The notes below the pieces were generated by a model. That model did no database searches, was not told where the DNA came from, and saw nothing but the letters and a program-made list of their open reading frames with translations. Source: a virus (taxonomy: Duplodnaviria; Caudoviricetes). Taken from it: a stretch of DNA of 52,923 bases. Location of the stretch: positions 1 through 52,923 of the IMG/VR virus record IMGVR_UViG_3300037852_000044. One strand, given 5' to 3'. Below, piece after piece: positions 1 to 8,813 of the stretch; positions within the stretch are counted from its first letter, which is position 1; every line of letters begins with the position of its first letter. The translations under genes and the position numbers were made by a program.

Positions 1-132
1 CTTCGCGGCGCGCGGATGAGGCGAGCAGCAGTGATCCAGCGGGGATCGTCCACGGGCTCTCGGGGCGGCGGGTCGTCCAGGTGATCGGCGACGCGGTCAT
101 GACGTGGCCGCCGAGTCGAACTGCTGCTCAGC
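1..132. repeat. Terminal direct repeat, left copy (assembly circularisation overlap)
   Basis: 1-132 equals 52792-52923 except T125 vs A52916; it contains the start of the YqaJ gene and the end of ORF 97..432. Confidence 0.95.
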
Positions 133-432
133 TTCGAGCCGCGCGATCATTACCGCCGCTTGGCGGATGCTGCCGCGCGTCATGTCGAGATCGTCCTTCA
201 GATGACGGACGGCCGCGATGCGCCGCCGCGCAGTCATGCGGATGAGAGTCGCGACGGCGATCTGCGCATCGAGCGCGTCGGTGACCGGCGGCAGTTCGAG
301 CGTGTCAGGATCGAAGCCGCTGGGCATCGGCACCTTGACGATTCGGATCTGCGGCGAGCGGGCCGCGTCCGGCGTGTGACGTCCGGGGTAATTGCGCCAG
401 GCGGCGGTCTCGCGCTTCGCATGATCAGCCAT
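97..432 (-). CDS. Hypothetical protein, directly upstream of the YqaJ exonuclease on the circle
   Basis: SD GGAAGGA and early promoter cassette upstream; stop overlaps the YqaJ start (ATGA at 97-100). Confidence 0.75.
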   Translation of the reverse strand: MADHAKRETAAWRNYPGRHTPDAARSPQIRIVKVPMPSGFDPDTLELPPVTDALDAQIAVATLIRMTARRRIAAVRHLKDDLDMTRGSIRQAAVMIARLEAEQQFDSAATS

Positions 433-436
433 GTTC

Positions 437-504
437 GGTTCCTTCCGGGGGTGGGTTGGGGGTTATCGGGTTCGGGCCGACTCTAACGCGCCGGTCCGAC
501 AGTT
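437..504 (-). promoter_or_regulatory. Early promoter/operator cassette copy A
   Basis: Minus strand AACTGTCGG-N10-TAGAGTCGG-N7-CCGAT...ACCCACCCC-SD. Confidence 0.7.
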
Positions 505-507
505 CTG

Positions 508-882
508 CTATCGAGCGCCGAACCATAGAGGGTCGAAGTAGCCGACCGTGGGCGCGACCGCGCCGAGGAAGAGCCAGCCACGCCATGTCAGCTTCACCCG
601 CGCGCCGCATCCGAGGCCGCGAGCGTCGAGATGACAGCGTCGGCGAGTTCGGTTAGCTCGATAGCGCCGGGCCGCTTGTGCTCGAAACGCGGCCCCCATG
701 CCCATGTCGGGTCGGAGCGGGGTCGGTGCCCATACGGTGTCTGTCGGGTAGCGGCTCGCTGAGCCAAACCATACGTTCACGGCATCGGGTTGGCTGTCCG
801 GATCATGCGGGCCAGGTAGGACGATCTCGGCGCGGTAACCGCGCTGCTCTAGCTCATCTGCGAGTTCTCGTGCGGTGGTCAC
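508..882 (-). CDS. Hypothetical protein, probably frameshifted near 705-725 and fused to a separate 29-aa membrane ORF (508..597)
   Basis: GTG at 882 with SD GGAGAA; codon pattern switches frame after ~715; the alternative frame ends at TGA 594-596, overlapping GTG 595-597. Confidence 0.5.
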   Translation of the reverse strand: MTTARELADELEQRGYRAEIVLPGPHDPDSQPDAVNVWFGSASRYPTDTVWAPTPLRPDMGMGAAFRAQAARRYRANRTRRRCHLDARGLGCGARVKLTWRGWLFLGAVAPTVGYFDPLWFGAR

Positions 883-899
883 GGGGTTCTCCAATCGTC

Positions 900-932
900 G
901 GGGTGGGAATAGTCGGATCAAGTCCGAGTATA
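900..932 (-). promoter_or_regulatory. Early promoter/operator cassette copy B (first early promoter after the late-operon terminator)
   Basis: TATACTCGGACTTGATCCGAC...TCCCACCCC on the minus strand. Confidence 0.65.
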
Positions 933-940
933 CACGAGAC

Positions 941-978
941 GAAAGAACGGCCCGGCGCAAGTGAGTCGCGCCGGGCCG
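941..978 (-). terminator. Intrinsic terminator ending the late/lysis operon
   Basis: 11-bp GC stem (948-958/968-978) followed by TTCTTTC on the minus strand. Confidence 0.7.
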
Positions 979-1020
979 CTACTTCCCCGAGGTACCCACC
1001 CCTGAGTACCCGCCATGAGT

Positions 1021-1824
1021 CTAACTGACAGCGGTCAGCACCCACGCGTCGCTCGTGAACTTCGGCGACGCCACATACGCCGCCGGAATCCAGCAATAGC
1101 CGTTGTCTCCCCACTGCGGCGACCAGGAGTTCCTGATCCGGAAATAGAGCTGCCCGTTGATCATCGCGTAGCCGCAGACGCACATACAATGCGCGCCAAT
1201 GACCGCGTTGCTCGTCGTCGGCATCGGCACCGTATCGACGCCGAGCGATTCGGGGAAGCTGTCGAAAAGCACCATGCCGAAGACGACGAGCCGCCGCGTC
1301 GCGACCGCCTTCTGGAAGTTCAACGCCGACACCGGCACACGCTGATAGTTGATCAGCCGCGTCTTCGCCGCGTCGGTGTACGCCTGCGCCGGAGGCGCTG
1401 CCGCGAACTTGCTCACGTCATACGGCCACTCGGATTCTGGCGGTGCTCCTACTGCGGCGACGCTCTTGATGCCGTCGCGGATCTGCGCGCCGTGATCAAG
1501 CTTGACGGTGCCTTCGATGTAGCGGGCGTTGAAATAGATGAACAGACGCGACAGCATCTCGACACTGAGGTTCTGCGCGGTGAGATCCCACTCCATCGCC
1601 CCGGCGATGCCGTTCGCCACGCACGCGCCGAGCTGCAACTGGTCGTAGCATCCGGGCATCTTCGGATCGAGATCGAGCCGGACCGTCGGCGGCAGTTGCG
1701 TCTGTGTGATGCGCGGCGCGGCCCAAGTGTGATCGCGGATATCCGGCAGATCAGGCTTGCACCCTAGCCCGTAGCCGCAGTGTGTCGACGGCCGCACATG
1801 TAGCGCGTCGCGGACGCCGCTCAC
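1021..1824 (-). CDS. Papain-like cysteine peptidase (C1A family)
   Basis: Oxyanion Gln and catalytic Cys in DQLQLGAC, His in GAHCMCVCGY, Asn in RNSWSPQWGDNGY; N-terminal PDLPDIRD as in bacterial C1A proteins. Confidence 0.9.
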   Translation of the reverse strand: MSGVRDALHVRPSTHCGYGLGCKPDLPDIRDHTWAAPRITQTQLPPTVRLDLDPKMPGCYDQLQLGACVANGIAGAMEWDLTAQNLSVEMLSRLFIYFNARYIEGTVKLDHGAQIRDGIKSVAAVGAPPESEWPYDVSKFAAAPPAQAYTDAAKTRLINYQRVPVSALNFQKAVATRRLVVFGMVLFDSFPESLGVDTVPMPTTSNAVIGAHCMCVCGYAMINGQLYFRIRNSWSPQWGDNGYCWIPAAYVASPKFTSDAWVLTAVS

Positions 1825-2774
1825 TTCGCCTCAAAGCCAGGGAGTTTCTGTAGGAACTCACGTGACACGGTTTGCGGGCCGGGCACGCCGAGCGCCTGAT
1901 ACGCAGCGACGTCAGTCGCAGTCGGCAGCCAATAGACGCCAGACTCGGTTTGCAGATGCAGCGCACCATTAGGCGAGCCGCCGTCGTGAACGATGACCAT
2001 GTGTTTGTCCTTTCGTAGCGGAACGGGTGGCGGCGGTGCCGGTGCGCTGAGGCCGTAGTCGGTCACGATCTGAGCGATCGGCCGCTGGATCACATTCATA
2101 TCGACCCAGCCGCCGAACGGCGGGCACGAGCGCGGATAGCCCGCCGGTGTCGGGAAGTTCAGCCCACCGTAATACTGATAGCCGTACCAGCCCGCCGGGA
2201 GCTGATCGGTGTAGTCCGCGAGGAACCGCTTCAACGTCGGCGGGTGCGACGGCCACAGCGCGGACCAGTCGCCTGAGTTCGCGTACCCGTCGAGCCGCGC
2301 GGCGGTCGCCGCATATGCGGCGAACGAACTGACCCAGTACCGCAACTCGGCCGAGTGATCACCTGGACCGGCGAACTGGGCACCGGACTCGACATCAAAG
2401 CGGAATGCGACCTTGCTGGGGCACGTCTTGCCGAGCACGGCGACGATGCGGTCATAGACCGGCGAGAGCTGCCCCGGCTGCACGACGAGATAGATCACCA
2501 GCAGTTTGATCTTCGGATCGGCATGTGCGCGTGCGAAGTTCGTCGCGAACTTATAGTCGAGCCGCCCGCCGCTGTCGCCCCGGATCGCGATCCACGAGTA
2601 GGGGTAGGACGTGTCATAGAGCGGCTGGAACTCCGCGATGTCTGCGCCGAAGCTGACACTCGGTGATGCTGCGAGCGCCGGGTGATCCCATTGCTCGGTC
2701 GGTTCGGTGAAGCCCGGCGGTCGCGGGTTCAGCCCGGCGCGGCCCGCGTGTGCGAGCGCGTTCGCAGCGGTCAC
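1821..2774 (-). CDS. Endolysin, GH25-like muramidase with Pro linker and C-terminal putative wall-binding region
   Basis: GADIAEFQ, FDVE (DxE) and VDMN motifs; GTG at 2774 overlaps the holin stop. Confidence 0.75.
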   Translation of the reverse strand: MTAANALAHAGRAGLNPRPPGFTEPTEQWDHPALAASPSVSFGADIAEFQPLYDTSYPYSWIAIRGDSGGRLDYKFATNFARAHADPKIKLLVIYLVVQPGQLSPVYDRIVAVLGKTCPSKVAFRFDVESGAQFAGPGDHSAELRYWVSSFAAYAATAARLDGYANSGDWSALWPSHPPTLKRFLADYTDQLPAGWYGYQYYGGLNFPTPAGYPRSCPPFGGWVDMNVIQRPIAQIVTDYGLSAPAPPPPVPLRKDKHMVIVHDGGSPNGALHLQTESGVYWLPTATDVAAYQALGVPGPQTVSREFLQKLPGFEAK

Positions 2775-3163
2775 TTCGCGACGGTGGCGTGCGGCGGCGC
2801 ATGCTTCGCCGGAGCTGGCGGCGTAGGGCGAAGCGGAATCGAGTGCTGCGGCTTGCGTGTGATGCCACGCTGCGCGCGAAGCGTCGATGAGATCAGCGAG
2901 AGCAGCGCGGGCACTCCGGTAACGGCGGTCATGATCGCCGACTTCAACACCGAGACAGCGGCAAGCAGACCGGCGACGGCGGCAGTCTGCCAATACGACC
3001 AGTGCGCGAGCGCGGCGATGCTGAAGCCCGAGCCGCCGATGAGCTTCGTCGCGAACACGAGCCCGAACGCCGTCGCGGCACGATCAGCGGTCGAGATCAC
3101 CGCCGCATACTTCGTTCCGAGGAACTTCGAGAGCCAGAGTTTGATCTTCGCGATGATCGGCAT
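2771..3163 (-). CDS. Holin (actinophage r1t-like)
   Basis: DRAATAF followed by two hydrophobic helices and a basic C-terminus; SD GGAGG before ATG 3163; adjacent to the endolysin. Confidence 0.65.
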   Translation of the reverse strand: MPIIAKIKLWLSKFLGTKYAAVISTADRAATAFGLVFATKLIGGSGFSIAALAHWSYWQTAAVAGLLAAVSVLKSAIMTAVTGVPALLSLISSTLRAQRGITRKPQHSIPLRPTPPAPAKHAPPHATVAK

Positions 3164-3201
3164 ATGGACCTCCGGGGAACGCGGCAAGCGGGTCAGAGGC
3201 A

Positions 3202-3221
3202 AGTATCGTCCCGAAAGTCCA
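3202..3221 (-). promoter_or_regulatory. Late-promoter motif
   Basis: TGGACT-N8-GATACT. Confidence 0.55.
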
Positions 3222-3227
3222 GCCGGA

Positions 3228-3683
3228 TCAGTGGAAGCTCAAATGCGGCGAGATCGCAGCGATCGCCACGATGAGGGCGATCGCCAGCCCGGCGAGGCCC
3301 ATGAGCAGCGTCCGCGACGATTCACCGCGGGCCCCACCCGCCCGTTGACCGGCGATGAACTCGCTGAGCGGCTTGATCGCGAGCAGCAGTTTCTCTTCGA
3401 TCGCGTGCAGTTCATCTTTCGTCGCGTAGCCGCCGCGCTCACGCTCAATCTGGCTGCGCAGATCGTTGGCCTTCTCGTCCTTGTATTTCTGTGTCTCGCT
3501 TTGCAGCAGCAGCGCCCGCTCGTCGGCGGTCTCTTTGATCTTCAATGCCTTCTCGCGTTCGAGCGCCACTTCGCTGTAGCGGCGGTCGCGCTCTTCCAGA
3601 CGGCGGTCGCGCTCAGCTAACCATCGGAGGTCGGCACGGTGTAAGTCCGCGAGATGCTCACGAAGTGGCACGTCATCGACCAT
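3228..3683 (-). CDS. Coiled-coil protein with C-terminal TM helix (lysis cassette)
   Basis: Charged helical N-terminus, LLMGLAGLAIALIVAIAAI at the C-terminus; probable leaderless start. Confidence 0.8.
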   Translation of the reverse strand: MVDDVPLREHLADLHRADLRWLAERDRRLEERDRRYSEVALEREKALKIKETADERALLLQSETQKYKDEKANDLRSQIERERGGYATKDELHAIEEKLLLAIKPLSEFIAGQRAGGARGESSRTLLMGLAGLAIALIVAIAAISPHLSFH

Positions 3684-3689
3684 TCCGAC

Positions 3690-3709
3690 AGTATCCCGAG
3701 CAGGGTCTA
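3690..3709 (-). promoter_or_regulatory. Late-promoter motif, leaderless
   Basis: TAGACC-N8-GATACT-N6-ATG. Confidence 0.6.
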
Positions 3710-3720
3710 AGCGGCCGCCG

Positions 3721-4077
3721 TCATTGCCCAGCGGCGAGCAGCATGCAAGGCGGCAGCCGCAGGCCTTGCAGACACGGTGGCGGCGAAACCGTGACCGTGA
3801 CGGTTCTCGTGCGCGTCACGGTAGGCCCGCGCACCGGCACGCCTGGCGCGGTTACCGTCACGCCGGGCGCTATCCGGATCGCCGTCTGCGTCGACCGAGC
3901 CGTCTGCACGACTGTCGACGTCGGACCCGGACTGATCACAGTGCTGCGCGTCGTCGTCGAGTGCTTCGGCCACAAGAGATATAAGGCGATGACGGAGCCG
4001 ACGAGAAGCATGATCGCCGCATAGAGCAGCCAATCAACACGGCGGCTCGATCGAGCGATCGTCTCAATTTTAGTCAT
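3721..4077 (-). CDS. Single-pass membrane protein with Thr/Pro-rich tail
   Basis: WLLYAAIMLLVGSVIALYLLW followed by PGPT/TVT-rich segment. Confidence 0.7.
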   Translation of the reverse strand: MTKIETIARSSRRVDWLLYAAIMLLVGSVIALYLLWPKHSTTTRSTVISPGPTSTVVQTARSTQTAIRIAPGVTVTAPGVPVRGPTVTRTRTVTVTVSPPPCLQGLRLPPCMLLAAGQ

Positions 4078-4429
4078 CGGCCGCGTTGCCCTGCCCGATC
4101 GCTTCGCCGCGCATCCGCCACCCGCGATCGAACTCGCGCCGGAGATCTGCCGCGTACTGACGCGCGGCCTCTTCATCGTGTAGGCGCTCACTCTCGGCTT
4201 TGTCGATCGCGCGGTCGCGTTGCGCGCGGTGCATACCGGCCAGCACCGCCCCGAGGCCGAGCGCGGAGATCACGACCGCAATGATCGCCCAAAACGAACC
4301 TTGGGATACGGCTGCACCAGACGCCGACAAATACGCGGCGAGACCGGCCCGCCGGACTAGATGCCACGACAAGACAAAAGGGTGGATCACCGAAGTACCC
4401 GTCGGCTGCGAGACGGCGACGACGACCAC
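4070..4429 (-). CDS. Membrane protein (lysis cassette)
   Basis: Hydrophobic helix FWAIIAVVISALGLGAVLAG followed by a charged coiled tail. Confidence 0.65.
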   Translation of the reverse strand: MVVVAVSQPTGTSVIHPFVLSWHLVRRAGLAAYLSASGAAVSQGSFWAIIAVVISALGLGAVLAGMHRAQRDRAIDKAESERLHDEEAARQYAADLRREFDRGWRMRGEAIGQGNAADD

Positions 4430-4482
4430 ATTCAGTCACCCCTTGGCGGATGAAACGGACCGGTCTGCCCCCATGATCGCTA

Positions 4483-4502
4483 AGCCTACGAAGATCAGAC
4501 TA
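4483..4502 (-). promoter_or_regulatory. Late-promoter motif upstream of the lysis cassette
   Basis: TAGTCT-N8-TAGGCT. Confidence 0.5.
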
Positions 4503-5453
4503 GTGCTGTGCCTCGAAGTTCACCCCGGACAACGAGACGAGTCCGTTGTTGCCGCCGAATGACGGCGCGCTCGCGAACACACCGCCGGTCGATGTCACGT
4601 CGACACCGAACTGGGCGAACTCCGTCGATGATCCTGCCGCGCCGGGACCAGCACCGATGACCGAGCGTGAGACTTGCAACAAGGGTTGGAAGCCCGGCGG
4701 CATCGTGAACACGATCCCGGTCGAGCCGCCTGCGATGATGCCTGCGAGGTAGATGATGCCGCGACGCCGCCGGTAGGACACGGCGGGCCAACCGAAGCCG
4801 CCGAACGCGACCGCCCAGCCGTTCGACAGTGCGCCGATGACGGGCTGCCAGCCGGAGTCGTCCGCGTCGAGCGCGCCGATCGCGTCGTTTGTGGGCTTGA
4901 ACAACCCCGCCCACCACGGCGCGGCCGTCGCCGGGGAGAAGTCCGGTATCGGGTTCTGTGTCATCGGCCAGACGTTCGGATACGGCGCGGTCGCCGCCGG
5001 ACCAGGGCTCGTACCCACCGGGAAGCACACGGGCGAGAGGGCGACTGCGGAGTTCGATCCGCCGCCGCCGTAGCCGCAGATATACACCGCACCGGAGGGG
5101 AAGACGTCGACGCGCGCGAAGCCGGTCCCGGCTTGACAGCAGAACATGAGCTGCCGATCCGGCCGGTAACCGGCGGGCAGCGTGAACGCGATCCCCGCCG
5201 GGGCGTCGTTGCCGAGCGTGCCGTTGCTGATCGAGCCGCGCAGGTACACGACGCCGTCACGTATCCGGTATCCGGCGGCGGCCGTTGCGCCGCCTGTGTT
5301 CACCCAGCTATTGCCGAGCGTCGGGGCGATCCACGCGTTGTCGCCGAGACGTGTCGTGAGCGCCGTCGAGACCGGGCTGAGGACGCGGACCCACCACTTG
5401 TTCGCGTTGGACAGCTCGCCGGACGCGAACACCTTCGAGCTAAGTAGGCCCAT
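4500..5453 (-). CDS. Minor tail / receptor-binding protein with two tandem tip modules
   Basis: Two copies of the W..L.N.W...Y....V.L.G...FT(L/M)P.G.(R/Q)P module; start MGLLSS at 5453. Confidence 0.8.
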   Translation of the reverse strand: MGLLSSKVFASGELSNANKWWVRVLSPVSTALTTRLGDNAWIAPTLGNSWVNTGGATAAAGYRIRDGVVYLRGSISNGTLGNDAPAGIAFTLPAGYRPDRQLMFCCQAGTGFARVDVFPSGAVYICGYGGGGSNSAVALSPVCFPVGTSPGPAATAPYPNVWPMTQNPIPDFSPATAAPWWAGLFKPTNDAIGALDADDSGWQPVIGALSNGWAVAFGGFGWPAVSYRRRRGIIYLAGIIAGGSTGIVFTMPPGFQPLLQVSRSVIGAGPGAAGSSTEFAQFGVDVTSTGGVFASAPSFGGNNGLVSLSGVNFEAQH

Positions 5454-5463
5454 CAGTTCTCTC

Positions 5464-5934
5464 CTAGTCGGCGGTGAAGACGACGCCTTCGAGCGAGACG
5501 AAGACCGAGCCCGCGCCGACGCCGTTCGTAGCGCCGACATACACGCGGCCCGACGTGTCGATGATCAGGCTCGCGCACCCGTTAGTCGTCGCTCCGGCGT
5601 GAACGTTGAACGTGATCTGCGCAGACGGCCGCAGCCCGACCGGAAGCGTGAAGATCGGGTTGCCGACCCCGATGCTGCCGTTGTGCGCGAGCCCGTGGAA
5701 CCTGACCTGTATGCCGAAGACGTGATAGCTCACCGCGTTATACGGCGAGCCCCAGCTTGACCAGCCGCCGGTCAGCGTCGGCGCGACCCACGCGATCGTC
5801 CCTTTCAATGCGGTCAGCGCGTCGCTGATCGGCTTGACGACGTTGTTGAACCAATAGTCGTCATCACGGGTGACTGATGACGAGTCCGCGACCGTGCTCG
5901 ATGTGAACGGCAAACCGCTCGGCCAGTTACTCAT
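5464..5934 (-). CDS. Minor tail protein, one copy of the same tip module
   Basis: WVAPTLTGGW...IFTLPVGLRP; TGATG coupling with the upstream gene. Confidence 0.8.
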   Translation of the reverse strand: MSNWPSGLPFTSSTVADSSSVTRDDDYWFNNVVKPISDALTALKGTIAWVAPTLTGGWSSWGSPYNAVSYHVFGIQVRFHGLAHNGSIGVGNPIFTLPVGLRPSAQITFNVHAGATTNGCASLIIDTSGRVYVGATNGVGAGSVFVSLEGVVFTAD

Positions 5935-8813
5935 CAGGTGTACGTCGTGCTTCCGAGTTCGCTGCGGCCGGTCTGACCCATGATCCAATCGCCCGGCGCA
6001 GAGATCCGCAGAGCTGAGATCATCGTCGTCCAGTCGGTCTTGCTGTCGATCGAGTCGAGTCCGACGAGCAGCGCATCATCTTGGATCTTCCCGATGCTGC
6101 CGTCCGGATCAGAGAATGTGATCCGGTCGGAGAGTTGCAGACGCGGGTCGAAGATGATCTGCACGTTCGTCAGCAACGGACGCGGCCGGAACGTGTCAGA
6201 CAGGGTGTCCCCGGCGAGGGTGTCGGCGGTTTGCGTGTCTTGCATCCACGTATTCGCCGGGAGTTGCAGCAGCACTTCCCCGAAGTCCTGATTCGTCGCT
6301 GCGCCGCCGTCGGCCGCGTCGGGCCATTGCCGGTCAGCGAGCACGCCTGTCGTTGATGTGAGTCCGACGCCGCCGATGAACACATAAGGCGTACCGGCCG
6401 GGACGTCTGTCAGCGATGCTGGGGAGACCATCCAGACGTCGAAGCCGTTCGCGTTCGTGATCTGTATAACCATCAGCGCACCGGACACGCTGTAGGTGCG
6501 GACGGTGATCGACGTCGAGATCGCGCTGCCGCCGCCAGGTGTCGAACTCGCCCGCCAGTACGTCGTCCCGGCCGCGCCGCCGCCGACGGTGGCGTTATAG
6601 CCGGAGTCAAGTGCTTGCGGCGTGAGCGTCGGCTGGGAGAGCTGCACGATCGCCGAATACGTCGTCCCTGCCGGGACATGAATCACAGTCGGCGCGCGCC
6701 ACACGATGCCGGGCAATGCCTGCGCGAGCGGAGCGCACGGAACCTGTATGCGTGTCGCGACGGCCGCCATACCGGTGTCAGATTGAAGCTGCTTCAGCGA
6801 CGTCGCGCTCGTGACCGTCCGCGATGACGTCGCGGTGCGGATCGTCTGCCGGTTCTTAAACCGAAGCACGCCCAGCTCGTCGAAGCCGCAGATACCCCGC
6901 TCGGCTGAGGCGATCTGTTGCAGCACTTGCTTCGCGGTCAGCGTTGTCGTGTCCGGTATCGCGGTCAACGGGTTCAGCGACGCGTCAATCACGGCCGTCG
7001 GCGTGAACGTCCGAGTCGCGCCGACCGGCTGCGGGTAGCTTTCGTTGGTCAGTTGGACGGTGTCGGCGTAGCCGAGCCACACGAAGTTGCTGTAGAAGAC
7101 GTTGACGTCCCCGCCGGTCGCTGGCAGCCCGGAGACGTTCGTTGTCGTCGTGACGCCGTCGATCGTCAAGATCACGTTCGCGGTCGTTGAAGCGGTGAAC
7201 ACAACTTGGCAGGCGACGTGATGGAATGCGTTCGTGCTCATCGTCGCGCCCCCGAGCGCGATGTTGAGCAGCGAACCGGAGTCGCGTTGGACGTCCATGC
7301 TCGCGGTCGCGGTGCCGCCGCCGAGCGCCCATGTCCATTTGATCTTCGAGTAGTTGCCGTTGTGCGTCAGCACACTCCAATACGAGCCGCCGCCGGAGCC
7401 GCCCTGTGTCGCGTCGGCGTAAAGCCAGCCCTCGAAGTAGTTCAGCGCGTTCACGTTCCCGGCGTCGATGTTCGGGCCGTTCGATCCGCGTATCGCGTCA
7501 GGGATCGGCGCGAAGAGGATGCTCGGATTCCGCACGACTTGGCTGCCCCAGAATCCCGGCTGCATCTGCCCCAGGTAGTCCAGCGGCGAGCCGGTGAGCC
7601 CGGACGTTGTCGGATCGGTGAACACGTCGAGGCTCATATTCGCGACGACCGGCGTCCACGTCGGCGCGGGGTTACCCATGACTTCCGGCCACGCGGAACC
7701 GTGCAATGAGGCATAGAAAAAACACTGCGAACGCGGCGGCGGCGATGAGTAATAGCCGTTCTGCCGAGCTACATAGTCGATCACCCATGAGGCGGTGAGC
7801 CCCGGCGAGTTGCCATGCGCGGTGTCCAGCCACGCGATCGGCGGGATCGTCACCGACGGCCGGAAGCGTGTCAGCGGATCAAGGGCGGTGATCGTGACGG
7901 TCCCGGCGAGCGCATCGACGATGCAATCATCGATGAAGCCGGTGAACGTTGTGATCAGCTCGGCGGCCGCAGCGGTGTAAACGCCGTGGGTGATCGTGAC
8001 CGGCGAGAGACTCGGCGGGTGCTGATACAGCGGCGACGTCGTCTCATCCGGATCGAAGAGCCACACGGCGTTCTTGCTCGAATCCGTCGGATCAAGCAGC
8101 GCCGACAGGACGATCACCGCCGACGCTGTCGGGTAGCCGGAGATCAGCCGCGTCCCCGGCGGCGCATCTGTCGTGAGCGAGCGCGTGATACGGACCGACT
8201 CGACAGCGCCGACAAGATCGATATAAGGGTCGGTGTAGAGCGTCGATGTTGAGAGACCCGGTATGCCGGTCCAGACGGCGTTCGCGGTGTCACCGTCAAA
8301 GTAGGGGTTGACGACGGTGCCGATCTCGACGAGCACCGTATCGACCCAGAAGCCGCCGGTCGACCCGCCGGTCCACGCTCCGGTGTTATAGATGAAGATC
8401 GTCGGGTTGCCGCCGTCGATATAGCCGTAGAGCTGCTGCCATGATCCGGTTGTCGAGACGGTGTTCCCGCCGGTCGAGTTGCCGATCGCGATGCCGGTCG
8501 CGCCGCTGTCGAGATAGACCATCATCGAGATCATGTAGAACACGCCGGGCAGCGCGTCAGGGATATTCAAGATCGTCTGGTTGTTGAACGCCGTATTGGT
8601 CGGCCAGAGGACATGCATCGCTTGCGTTCCGGCGAAGACGTGCGCGGTCGATGTTGAGAGCGTGCCGCCGTACCAGTTGCCGAGACCGTCGTTGAAGCTC
8701 GGACAGGTGCAGAGGTTCTTACGGGTGATCGGCAGCTTGATCTGCACGTCGTGCTCGACGACCATCTCGTTACCGGCGATGATCGTCCCGAACGCCGCAG
8801 TGGACGCCTGCAT
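5934..8813 (-). CDS. Large minor tail / baseplate hub protein with CBM-like and LamG-like regions
   Basis: 959 aa, two genes after the tape measure; NLCTCPSF..W and PYFDGD motifs; FDELGVLRF and DPRLQLSD hub motifs. Confidence 0.8.
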   Translation of the reverse strand: MQASTAAFGTIIAGNEMVVEHDVQIKLPITRKNLCTCPSFNDGLGNWYGGTLSTSTAHVFAGTQAMHVLWPTNTAFNNQTILNIPDALPGVFYMISMMVYLDSGATGIAIGNSTGGNTVSTTGSWQQLYGYIDGGNPTIFIYNTGAWTGGSTGGFWVDTVLVEIGTVVNPYFDGDTANAVWTGIPGLSTSTLYTDPYIDLVGAVESVRITRSLTTDAPPGTRLISGYPTASAVIVLSALLDPTDSSKNAVWLFDPDETTSPLYQHPPSLSPVTITHGVYTAAAAELITTFTGFIDDCIVDALAGTVTITALDPLTRFRPSVTIPPIAWLDTAHGNSPGLTASWVIDYVARQNGYYSSPPPRSQCFFYASLHGSAWPEVMGNPAPTWTPVVANMSLDVFTDPTTSGLTGSPLDYLGQMQPGFWGSQVVRNPSILFAPIPDAIRGSNGPNIDAGNVNALNYFEGWLYADATQGGSGGGSYWSVLTHNGNYSKIKWTWALGGGTATASMDVQRDSGSLLNIALGGATMSTNAFHHVACQVVFTASTTANVILTIDGVTTTTNVSGLPATGGDVNVFYSNFVWLGYADTVQLTNESYPQPVGATRTFTPTAVIDASLNPLTAIPDTTTLTAKQVLQQIASAERGICGFDELGVLRFKNRQTIRTATSSRTVTSATSLKQLQSDTGMAAVATRIQVPCAPLAQALPGIVWRAPTVIHVPAGTTYSAIVQLSQPTLTPQALDSGYNATVGGGAAGTTYWRASSTPGGGSAISTSITVRTYSVSGALMVIQITNANGFDVWMVSPASLTDVPAGTPYVFIGGVGLTSTTGVLADRQWPDAADGGAATNQDFGEVLLQLPANTWMQDTQTADTLAGDTLSDTFRPRPLLTNVQIIFDPRLQLSDRITFSDPDGSIGKIQDDALLVGLDSIDSKTDWTTMISALRISAPGDWIMGQTGRSELGSTTYT

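Noticed and set aside
1-132. Physical terminal repeat of the virion DNA
   Set aside because: It begins and ends inside coding sequence and looks like an assembly overlap. The single mismatch lies 8 nt from the contig end and is probably a read-end error.
4500-5934. Diversity-generating retroelement acting on the tip proteins
   Set aside because: No reverse transcriptase gene, and no near-identical TR/VR pair differing at adenines was seen.
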